DNA of 64,000 nucleotides from Eubacteriales bacterium (GCA_045656745.1 JAZORT010000022.1:13784-77783), one strand, 5' to 3'; positions 7,902 to 15,532 are shown, counted from the stretch's first letter. Notes: generated by a model from the sequence alone, not told the origin. Numbers and translations: made by a program.

Positions 7902-9314
7902 ATGAAAACAAAGCGAATAACACAGATATTTCTGTGCTTGGCTTTGCTAATAGTTATGGGCGGAGAGATGTTGCTCTCCGCCTTTTCTATTACAGCAAGT
8001 GCAGAAGCAACAGGATATACCAACGTTCTTACAGACTTACAAAAAGACAGTAGCTTTAACCCGGATAACTACCCTGCAAAAGAAGATGATACCTCGGTAC
8101 AAGTAATACACATAGCCGAGGGTGAAAACGGTGAGCTATTTATATACGTATATCAGCCCTGCGATGCCAAAAAGGACTACAAGGCAAAATATATAAATAT
8201 GAGCTTACAAAACCCTGTAGAAAAAAATCTTCAATATAAGCTCTATTCTCTTACTTGGCTTAACAGTAACGGAGTCTTTGATAAATACATAGTCAATAAC
8301 TTCACCGTTTCAAAGTCTGCCGAGAGGTATTACAATATTGCAACGGTTTACCGCGCTTATGATGAAGCAATAGATGACGTTCCCGAGGCTGTTGATACTA
8401 TACAATGTAAGGGTTACGAAGTTGGACAATATTGGCGCGCTTATTGGTACAACAATGTTCTTATGTATGAAGCAAAGCATATAGACACGGTAGATATTGA
8501 AATTCAAGCAACAGGAGCAGTGAGATATACTAACGGTTTTAAGCTTTATCAGGATAATTGCGACAGCCACTATGTAGCTTTTTCTGTAGAGAATTACAAT
8601 GTTGAGCAGATTTACGATGCGGATATTACTTATACTATCAAAGATTATATTTACAGTTTGGATTTATCTACAGGACAAGGCTACACTTCATTTGTTGCCG
8701 AACATCCTGAGAAATCCGACTTTTTATCCGCAAAAGAAGTCGGCAGTAATGACGGTGACGGTTGGTTCGGAAAGAAATATTCTTGGTATAGAATAACAGA
8801 CGTTGCCACGTTCAAAAAGCAAGTTGAAGATGATAGCAACGATACGTTTAGCGAAGAAGAATTAGCAGGGCTGAGTAAAGCACAATTTGTATTCCGCTTT
8901 GCTGAAACAGATTACGAAGTTTTAACTTCATCATATACACAAACTACGGAATATTCTATCGTATCAAACTTTGGCATTTTAAGGCTTCATTTTCTGTCCG
9001 AGCGCAAGATTTATAATCTCGGTTGCGTAAGCGATCTTGTAGGAACGGACAGTATACCGGAGTTGACGGTTGATATACTCGACAATATCGAAAATATGAA
9101 GATATGGGAAGTGTTATTCACGCTTCTTTGCATCGTAATTTTCCTTTTAGTTCTCTCCTTCTTCTTCTCACCTATTAAGGCAGTATTAAAGGTAATTTGG
9201 GAAGGTATCAAATTCATCTTTAGTATACTATGGGCAATAGTCACTCTACCAATTCAGCTAATACAACAAGCATTTTCAAAAGATAAACCTCACCGAAAAC
9301 GAAAAAGGAGATAA
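7902..9314 (+). CDS. large secreted protein with C-terminal membrane anchor (candidate adsorption/spike protein)
   Basis: Signal peptide ending in ASAEA, an ectodomain of about 400 aa, two C-terminal hydrophobic helices and a basic tail KPHRKRKRR. Confidence 0.6.
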   Translation: MKTKRITQIFLCLALLIVMGGEMLLSAFSITASAEATGYTNVLTDLQKDSSFNPDNYPAKEDDTSVQVIHIAEGENGELFIYVYQPCDAKKDYKAKYINMSLQNPVEKNLQYKLYSLTWLNSNGVFDKYIVNNFTVSKSAERYYNIATVYRAYDEAIDDVPEAVDTIQCKGYEVGQYWRAYWYNNVLMYEAKHIDTVDIEIQATGAVRYTNGFKLYQDNCDSHYVAFSVENYNVEQIYDADITYTIKDYIYSLDLSTGQGYTSFVAEHPEKSDFLSAKEVGSNDGDGWFGKKYSWYRITDVATFKKQVEDDSNDTFSEEELAGLSKAQFVFRFAETDYEVLTSSYTQTTEYSIVSNFGILRLHFLSERKIYNLGCVSDLVGTDSIPELTVDILDNIENMKIWEVLFTLLCIVIFLLVLSFFFSPIKAVLKVIWEGIKFIFSILWAIVTLPIQLIQQAFSKDKPHRKRKRR

Positions 9315-9320
9315 TTTAAA

Positions 9321-9431
9321 ATGGATACGGTATTCACCTTACTTTTAACAACGGTATTTGTTTTTATAATCGAAAAAGCTCTTGTGCAGATATACAGTAG
9401 GCTTATCGGTAACAAGAAACGCAGAAAATAA
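9321..9431 (+). CDS. 36-aa hydrophobic protein with basic C-terminal tail
   Basis: Below the track cutoff. AAAAAGGAG RBS. MDTVFTLLLTTVFVFIIEKALVQIYSRLIGNKKRRK. Confidence 0.5.
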   Translation: MDTVFTLLLTTVFVFIIEKALVQIYSRLIGNKKRRK

Positions 9432-9434
9432 AAA

Positions 9435-9463
9435 AAGTAACCGCCCGGGAAGAACGGTTACTT
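9435..9463 (-). terminator. hairpin terminator (T-tract on minus strand)
   Basis: AAGTAACCG-N11-CGGTTACTT is preceded on the plus strand by an A-run, which reads as a T-run on the minus strand. It lies just downstream of the minus-strand small ORF. Confidence 0.5.
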
Positions 9464-9475
9464 GTGGTTGTAAGA

Positions 9476-9613
9476 TTATTCAACGATAGTTCCTATAAGC
9501 TCTATAAATCCTATAACAATACTGAATAGAAAAGTGCAGGTTTCTTTCAGTATATTAAGGAAACCTATCGTTATACTTCTTGCTTTTGAAGTATTTTTGC
9601 GATATTTAGCCAT
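9476..9613 (-). CDS. 45-aa small membrane protein
   Basis: Below the track cutoff. GAAAGGAAGG RBS then ATG. MAKYRKNTSKARSITIGFLNILKETCTFLFSIVIGFIELIGTIVE. It is followed by its own terminator. Confidence 0.4.
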   Translation of the reverse strand: MAKYRKNTSKARSITIGFLNILKETCTFLFSIVIGFIELIGTIVE

Positions 9614-9684
9614 AAATATACCTTCCTTTCTACTCTAAACTATTTATACCCCCCGTTTTTGAGTGTTTATATGCTTTATTATAA

Positions 9685-10110
9685 AGCATTCCAGGAAGAA
9701 AAGCAAGAGCCACCTTTTCGGGCGATTATGATATAAAGGAGCTGATTAAAATAGCACGAAAGAAAAAACCTACTCGCAAATATAATACACGAAATGAATT
9801 CAGGTATAACAACAGTAAAGAAGCTTCAGGGCATCCTCATTACATATTTGGTGAAAAGAACGGAAAGTATTATTCCCTTGGCATCACCACGCATCCTAAA
9901 AAAGAGCATCCTTATTATACGTTGAATAAGAGTCCAAATCCGAATAGCAAGGATAAAAACTATGTTCAGCGCAAGATTTTCCGCAATAAGAAAAAAGACT
10001 ACGGAAAACGTCAGCAAGGGTGGAGCTTCGATAAGTCCGATATGCCTATAATTCGTCATATCACAAAGTCTTATAAAAAAAGACAAAATAAGCGTAAAAA
10101 AAGAAAGTGA
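9685..10110 (+). pseudogene. open frame without canonical start (basic protein, GHPHYIFGEKNGKYYSLGITTHP...)
   Basis: The frame is open from 9685. The only ATG/GTG/TTG before residue 80 is TTG 9922. AAAGGAG at 9736-9742 is followed only by CTG/ATT/ATA codons. Confidence 0.35.
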
Positions 10111-10201
10111 GCGAAGCATAGAAAAATCTACGCATACCATCCATAAAGGAATAAGCTCACTTTCTGTTAATAGTATATCACAAATAAAATAAAAAGTCAA
10201 C

Positions 10202-10247
10202 GGCATTAGCTAAAAAAAGTCACATAGATCGGAGAAAAAAAGAAATG
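10202..10247 (+). repeat. copy 1 of duplicated leader (GGCATTAGC...GTCACATAGATCGGAGAAAAAAAGAAATG)
   Basis: Near-identical to 10405-10449. Each copy supplies the RBS and start of a small TM-protein gene. Confidence 0.7.
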
Positions 10248-10403
10248 AATTTTAGAGAAGTCCTTGCGATAATTGCGGATTTTTATAACGTACTTATTTG
10301 GTCTGCTGTATTTATTATAGCAGGCATAAAGGCAATTATTGCCAGAGATATGTTCGAAGAAGAAACCGAACAGGAAGAAAAGGAAGATAACAAAACTGAA
10401 TAA
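10245..10403 (+). CDS. 52-aa single-TM protein with acidic C-terminus
   Basis: Below the track cutoff. MNFREVLAIIADFYNVLIWSAVFIIAGIKAIIARDMFEEETEQEEKEDNKTE, with GGAG RBS. Confidence 0.5.
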   Translation: MNFREVLAIIADFYNVLIWSAVFIIAGIKAIIARDMFEEETEQEEKEDNKTE

Positions 10404-10404
10404 T

Positions 10405-10449
10405 GGCATAAGCCTTAACGTCACATAGACAGGAGAAAAAAGAAAAATG
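10405..10449 (+). repeat. copy 2 of duplicated leader (GGCATAAGC...GTCACATAGACAGGAGAAAAAAGAAAAATG)
   Basis: See 10202-10247. Confidence 0.7.
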
Positions 10450-10557
10450 AAAAACAACATAGCTCTTTGGAAAAGATTACTATTTATCGGCATAACCCTT
10501 GTAATAGCCTTTGCAGTAGGTTATATCTTCTATACAGGGGGTAACTTGCCCGAATGA
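10447..10557 (+). CDS. 36-aa single-TM protein, translationally coupled to the ATPase gene
   Basis: MKNNIALWKRLLFIGITLVIAFAVGYIFYTGGNLPE. Its TGA stop overlaps ATG 10554 (ATGA). Confidence 0.5.
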   Translation: MKNNIALWKRLLFIGITLVIAFAVGYIFYTGGNLPE

Positions 10558-12806
10558 AAAACACTCTCTTTCAAAAACTCTTTATCGTCAAATACTTGAA
10601 CCATTGGAAGAGAGATTACAGGCACTTTATCTGTGTAGGTATAACGCTTGTATTCATAGCCTTCGGCTTTCTCTTCCCAAACTCCCTCGCACGTCTTGCC
10701 GAAACGGTGCGAGATCTATTCACTTCGGTAGCATATTACTTCTGTGAGCTTCTTTCCCCGGGCGGTAACCCTATCAGACCTACCGTACTTGGTATGCCTG
10801 AATGGCAGTTCACCGAGGATATATGGGAGCCGTTGCAACTCTTCCCATACACGTGGGAAGAATTTCAAAATTTGTGGGGTAAATTTTGGGCAGTATTCTT
10901 TACAGAGGATAATTTTCTCGGGTATTGGTACGCCATAGCAGACGTAATGTATTACGTTTCCCGCTTTTCGCTCCTTGTAATTCCGTTTATAGTTCTGCTT
11001 ATAATGAGATTAAGCTCTTACAAAAACAAGCAGTGTACAGACCGAAATAAACGCTCTACGGCTTTAAGGATCTATGAAAAATTCGTCTTCAAGATAATAT
11101 ATCCGTGTGTAGCTTGGGTGAAGGACTTCATAACCTTTTGCAGAGATAACAGCGGATATGTAAAGACTTGGGTTGTCCTTTGGCTTTTACACTTCAACGT
11201 AATAAGCATAGTAATAGCCTTCTTTGCGTTCTACTTCTATTTCTCTGCTTCTTGGGAGTTCGGAAGAATATACACGCAGATATTAAAGCTTCTTGTAGAC
11301 CTTGCCCCGATGATAAGATTTCTTCCCGGCATAGTATGGGCTTTGCTCGCCCTGTGGATATACAATTATATCTGTCGGTCGATGGCTTTCACTCGTCTTT
11401 ACTATGCTGAACGTTGCAACCGTTCCTTCCTCTCTGATAGAGGAATTGTAACAACGGTGTACGGTGAAATGGGAATAGGCAAAACGCAGATGATAACCTC
11501 TATGGCTCTGTCTGCGGAGATAGACCAATTCGATATGGCTTTCGAGATACTTCTCGAAAAGGATTTACAGTTCCCGAATTTCCCTTGGCAACGTTTTCGT
11601 GATGAATTACGGAAAAAGATAGATAACCGCACGATAGTAGACCTTCCAACGTGCAGAAAATGGGTGCAATATGCCCGGGTTTTCTTCGACAGAATAACGG
11701 CAATATACACCGCAGAGGAATACCGGGAGAAGCGCAGGAAGTATAGACTTCTGAAAGAAGATTATACTTTCGGCTACGACTACACCCACTACAGAACAAC
11801 GTATAATGACGAGTTGAAGATAACCCACCTGTTTGAAGCACTTGAAGACTACGCCTGTGCGTATCTGATTTTTACAGTAAAAACAACACTCCTTTTCTCA
11901 AACTATTCAATTCGTGTAGACTCTATTCTAAAAGACCTCGGCAATATGCCTTCACGTAACAACGATTTTCTCGACAGAGAGCCGGAATTGCAAGAGGCGT
12001 ACTCACATCACGCACACATAATAGATATGGATATGCTCCGTCTTGGTAAGAAGATGATCAAGAACAACCCGAAAGCACGTAGGCTGTCCTTTGGTACGTT
12101 TGTAATAACCGAGATAGATAAAGAGTTCAAGAATATGCAAGAGCTAAAGGAAATGAAGATAAACGAGCGAGAAGCAAACCAAAAGAATGACCTTCACAAC
12201 GCCTGTATAATGATGAGCCGTCATGCAGCAGTAGTAGCAAATAGGGTGTTTATACGCATAATAGCCGATTTGCAACGTCCTGAAGCGTGGGGCGCAGGTG
12301 GCAGAGAGTTGGGAGAAGTCATTTACATATCAGACAAAAGCGAACTCGCTCCGGCTCTTCCGTTCTTCTCACCGTATTGGCTGTGTCAAGGAGTCTTTGA
12401 GTGGGTAAAAACCAAGTGGGAAAGCTTCTACGCAGAGTATATAGAAAATAGGTGCGACAGTACGCTATTTACATATCTTGCGAAGAACATCACCGCAAAG
12501 ATCAATAACCACTACGACAAAATAAACGGACTCTTTGGTACACAGACGTTATCTCTCGAGATACAAAGCGGAAGACTTGACGGAGAGGTAAAAAAGGAAA
12601 AATGGCGGTTGATAATGAAAAAAGACCGTTCCCGAAGATACAGAACAGCCTGTCTTGAAGCCGTATTCGATAGCTACGAGCCGAACACAATGCACATTGA
12701 TGATTTTATAATGTACGCAGGAGAAGTCGGCACACAGGAAGAAAACGAGCTACAGAACAGTTATTTCCAAAATGACATAATAAAGATGAAGGAGCTAAAC
12801 GAGTAA
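10554..12806 (+). CDS. polytopic-membrane P-loop NTPase (possible Zot/pI-like morphogenesis or DNA-translocating ATPase)
   Basis: 750 aa with about 5 hydrophobic helices in residues 25-275. Walker A GEMGIGKT (nt 11463-11486), Walker B FVITEID around residue 517, then SRHAAVVANRVFIRIIADLQRPE, which resembles the Zot RH..hhhhTQ block. Confidence 0.6.
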   Translation: MKNTLFQKLFIVKYLNHWKRDYRHFICVGITLVFIAFGFLFPNSLARLAETVRDLFTSVAYYFCELLSPGGNPIRPTVLGMPEWQFTEDIWEPLQLFPYTWEEFQNLWGKFWAVFFTEDNFLGYWYAIADVMYYVSRFSLLVIPFIVLLIMRLSSYKNKQCTDRNKRSTALRIYEKFVFKIIYPCVAWVKDFITFCRDNSGYVKTWVVLWLLHFNVISIVIAFFAFYFYFSASWEFGRIYTQILKLLVDLAPMIRFLPGIVWALLALWIYNYICRSMAFTRLYYAERCNRSFLSDRGIVTTVYGEMGIGKTQMITSMALSAEIDQFDMAFEILLEKDLQFPNFPWQRFRDELRKKIDNRTIVDLPTCRKWVQYARVFFDRITAIYTAEEYREKRRKYRLLKEDYTFGYDYTHYRTTYNDELKITHLFEALEDYACAYLIFTVKTTLLFSNYSIRVDSILKDLGNMPSRNNDFLDREPELQEAYSHHAHIIDMDMLRLGKKMIKNNPKARRLSFGTFVITEIDKEFKNMQELKEMKINEREANQKNDLHNACIMMSRHAAVVANRVFIRIIADLQRPEAWGAGGRELGEVIYISDKSELAPALPFFSPYWLCQGVFEWVKTKWESFYAEYIENRCDSTLFTYLAKNITAKINNHYDKINGLFGTQTLSLEIQSGRLDGEVKKEKWRLIMKKDRSRRYRTACLEAVFDSYEPNTMHIDDFIMYAGEVGTQEENELQNSYFQNDIIKMKELNE

Positions 12807-12851
12807 CCACAAGCATTTTGCTTTTGGAGCTCTGCTCCCGGCACGAAAAAC

Positions 12852-12883
12852 AGCACCGAGAAAAAATCTCGGTGCCGTTTTTT
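12852..12883. terminator. bidirectional rho-independent terminator
   Basis: GCACCGAG-N7-CTCGGTGC has an A-run before it and a T-run after it. It lies between convergent genes. Confidence 0.7.
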
Positions 12884-13136
12884 ATATTGGAGAAACAACT
12901 TCGCCCGTTATAGTGTTAATTTCAAGACCCTGCTTATAAATGCGCTCTTCATATTCTGCAAGTTTTTCCTTGAAGAGTCTTTTTGATGTGTTGTTGAGAA
13001 TTGCTATAAGGCTATCGAAAGTGCTTCGACAAGTTATGTTCTTATGTTCCTGAAGCCAAATTTCGGCAATCGCAACCTTTTGCGCGGTGTCGGCTCTATA
13101 TACAAACTCGTATAGGTCTTTATCGGTTAGCTTCAT
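12882..13136 (-). CDS. hypothetical protein (84 aa)
   Basis: The track ORF starts at TTG 13151, but GAGGT-N8-ATG favours 13136 (MKLTDKDLYEF...). Confidence 0.5.
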   Translation of the reverse strand: MKLTDKDLYEFVYRADTAQKVAIAEIWLQEHKNITCRSTFDSLIAILNNTSKRLFKEKLAEYEERIYKQGLEINTITGEVVSPI

Positions 13137-13147
13137 AGTTTCATACC

Positions 13148-13468
13148 TCAATCCATTTGATAATAAACATAAGATTTATAGCCCATTTTTACAAGTGAGT
13201 CGCGGAATGCTTCTGCCATAGCGGTACGGCGGTAACCTTGTCCGTCTGTTGCGTTGTAAATTTCTATTGTATCTTTTTCTCTTAAGTATTGGAGTCCTGT
13301 CCCGTTAAACGCTTCTCTGATGTCTTTGTCAGACCATTCTTTTTCAAGTATGAGTATTGGACTGTCGAAATTGCAAGTTCCGTTGTCCTCGGTTTCTATT
13401 AAATCGTATGCTTTGATTTTTGCAGCTAAAAGTGCGAAATGAAGGTCGTTTATTGATTTCTTTGTCAT
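13148..13468 (-). CDS. hypothetical protein (106 aa)
   Basis: AAAGGAG-N9-ATG at 13468 (MTKKSINDLHFALL...). No recognised family. Confidence 0.55.
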   Translation of the reverse strand: MTKKSINDLHFALLAAKIKAYDLIETEDNGTCNFDSPILILEKEWSDKDIREAFNGTGLQYLREKDTIEIYNATDGQGYRRTAMAEAFRDSLVKMGYKSYVYYQMD

Positions 13469-13560
13469 TGTTTTTTTGCTCCTTTGTGCATAGTGCATAA
13501 TTTTAATTTTGATTAGTCAACCACCGAAATTTTGCGAAGTTCCGAAAATGTAAAAACCTC

Positions 13561-13589
13561 TTGAAATTCGGTGCTTTATGGTATATAAT
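13561..13589 (+). promoter_or_regulatory. sigma-A type promoter facing rightward
   Basis: TTGAAA (13561-13566), 17-nt spacer, TATAAT (13584-13589). It points into the structured region and the transposase gene, antisense to 13642..13803. Confidence 0.45.
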
Positions 13590-13641
13590 AGATATTGTCA
13601 AGGGGAGTGGGTGAAGCTCCCCCGACCAAGAAATAAAGGCT

Positions 13642-13803
13642 TTAGTCGGTTACTTTCTTCTTGGTGTTGCCTTGTTTTTCAAGGCAGATATAAATTCTTG
13701 AGAGAAGTTCTTGCGCTTCTCTGCATTGAGGGTGTTGTTGTATGTATGCCTCAATCGCAGAAATAAGCGTAGGGACTTCTTTCTTATTTACGAATAACTG
13801 CAT
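13642..13803 (-). CDS. hypothetical helical protein (53 aa)
   Basis: GGAGAAAGGAG RBS then ATG 13803. MQLFVNKKEVPTLISAIEAYIQQHPQCREAQELLSRIYICLEKQG... Confidence 0.4.
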   Translation of the reverse strand: MQLFVNKKEVPTLISAIEAYIQQHPQCREAQELLSRIYICLEKQGNTKKKVTD

Positions 13804-14007
13804 AACCGAAAAACTCCTTTCTCCACCGGAGTGGTTATTTTCTCCTTTCTGCCCGGTACACGATAGCACAGTAAGATTTCACCCCTCACGCACCCCACCA
13901 TTAAAAAGGTGCTCGCCTCTATGGAGAGAGAGGGCGCGCGCGCACCTCTGTGCCTACAACACATCGTGTTGCCAAGGAAAGTCAAGAACCGCTACTGCGT
14001 GGTGGAG

Positions 14008-14058
14008 ATTTATATAAAAAGTTTTTCCCCGTGTGTAAGAAAAACTTTTTATATAAAT
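14008..14058. repeat. perfect 20-bp inverted repeat with 11-nt loop
   Basis: ATTTATATAAAAAGTTTTTC (14008-14027), loop cccgtgtgtaa, then GAAAAACTTTTTATATAAAT (14039-14058). Confidence 0.85.
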
Positions 14059-14279
14059 ACGACCAGACGTTCTTTACTTTCCGCAGGGAATATGGTACAG
14101 CCTCGCAGGAAAAGGGGAGCCAACGGCACTTCGGAACCGTTGGGGAGAAACGCGGAGGAGTTTCTCACTCTGTCGTAATGTGCATAAAGTAATAAACACA
14201 AATTTGCCGTGAGGCAAAGAACAAACAACCGCCATAGCTGAAAAACCTCTTCCACCCCTAAAGAAATAAAGGGTATAGA

Positions 14280-14344
14280 GTGGGAGGGAGTCAGGCCGTG
14301 AGGAAAAGGAAAGGCGAGCAGCCGTTTTCCTCACGCCCTCCCAC
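14280..14344. repeat. composite hairpin (9-bp + 11-bp stems)
   Basis: GTGGGAGGG pairs with CCCTCCCAC, and CGTGAGGAAAA pairs with TTTTCCTCACG. There is an internal loop and a 17-nt apical loop. Confidence 0.75.
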
Positions 14345-14446
14345 CCACTCCGTAATCAACAAAAAAAGAAAAGGCTTGTCTATACCGCAAAGTATAAACA
14401 AGCACGAAAACTACGGCATATAGCCTTGAAAGGAGCATATCCAAAA

Positions 14447-15532
14447 ATGAGAAGAACCAAACGGAGTTATAAAACATTTAATAAAAGAACAAGGGATAAA
14501 CTGGAAGCATTGTATAATGCTGGACTTCCTGTAAAAAAAATAGCAGAAGAGTTAGGGTATACACATCAAGCAATTTATCATGAATTGAAACGCGGTTATT
14601 ATATGCATCGTAATACAGATTGGACGGAAACAAGAAGGTATTCAGCAGATAAAGCGCAATTGTCGGCAGAAATAAACGCTACGGCAAAAGGTGCGCCTTT
14701 AAAACTAGGTAATGATAAAACCTTTGCAACATTCGTCGAAGATATGATTAAAAAAGGATATTCTCCAGGAGCTATTCTTCTTTATATCGAGGAAAACGGT
14801 CTTAAATTCAAAACAAAAGTATGTCGAGTAACCTTGTATAGTTATATAGAAAAAGGCGTGTTTCTTAAAATTAGCAATAAACACCTTTTGCGAAAAGGAA
14901 AGAGAAAAAACAAGGCAGATAGCCGAAAGCTTTCTAAAAAGTTACCTAACATAGAACATTCAATAGAAAAAAGAACGCAAGAAATTAACTCTCGACAAAG
15001 TTTCGGTCATTGGGAAGGTGATACTGTTATAGGCACGTTGAAAAAGGGTGAGACTGTTCTTACACTTACAGAACGCCTCACCCGCGCAGAGATAATTATA
15101 AAATCTCCTGATAAAACATCGGCAAGTACGGTTAGAATGTTTAACCGTCTAGAAAGAAGAATAGGAAGTATAAACTTCTGCAAAATATTTAAATCTATCA
15201 CCTTTGACAATGGTACGGAGTTTTCCGATGCAGAGGGGATAGAGTTTTCCCCATACACACATAAACGCAGAACAACAGTTTATTATTGTCACCCGTTTTG
15301 TTCGTCTGAACGAGGTTCGAATGAAAATCAAAACGGTTTCATACGAAGGTTTATTCCTAAAGGAACACCGATTTCGAATTATTCTGTTGCATATATACAA
15401 AGTGTGCAGAATTTTATTAATGATTATCCAAGAGCAATATTTAACGGAGAAAACAGTACAAAACGGTTTCAAAAAGAATTATCAAAACTTAATATTAAAA
15501 TTTTTTTACACAATTTGCAAATAACTACTTGA
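14447..15532 (+). CDS. tnp: IS30-family DDE transposase
   Basis: N-terminal HTH (VKKIAEELGYTHQAIYHELKRG). DDE landmarks are HWEGDTV, FDNGTEF and NENQNGFIRRFIPKGT. AAAGGAG RBS before ATG 14447. The stop lies inside the right inverted repeat. Confidence 0.9.
   Translation: MRRTKRSYKTFNKRTRDKLEALYNAGLPVKKIAEELGYTHQAIYHELKRGYYMHRNTDWTETRRYSADKAQLSAEINATAKGAPLKLGNDKTFATFVEDMIKKGYSPGAILLYIEENGLKFKTKVCRVTLYSYIEKGVFLKISNKHLLRKGKRKNKADSRKLSKKLPNIEHSIEKRTQEINSRQSFGHWEGDTVIGTLKKGETVLTLTERLTRAEIIIKSPDKTSASTVRMFNRLERRIGSINFCKIFKSITFDNGTEFSDAEGIEFSPYTHKRRTTVYYCHPFCSSERGSNENQNGFIRRFIPKGTPISNYSVAYIQSVQNFINDYPRAIFNGENSTKRFQKELSKLNIKIFLHNLQITT

Larger units (their letters stand above)
13870..14425. other. structured noncoding region of about 550 bp (multiple strong hairpins)
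   Basis: No credible ORF. The hairpins are at about 13908-13946, 14008-14058, 14120-14143, 14203-14218 and 14280-14344. Confidence 0.6.

Noticed and set aside
9826-10493. Minus-strand ORFs of 126 and 95 aa
   Set aside because: They have no RBS and an F/L/I-rich nonsense-like composition. The plus strand here has RBS-preceded mini-genes and a duplicated leader. Confidence in this rejection is moderate.
13578-14334. Several 60-90-aa ORFs on both strands in the structured region
   Set aside because: They overlap each other, are Cys/Trp/Arg-rich and lack an RBS. The region is better explained by its hairpins.
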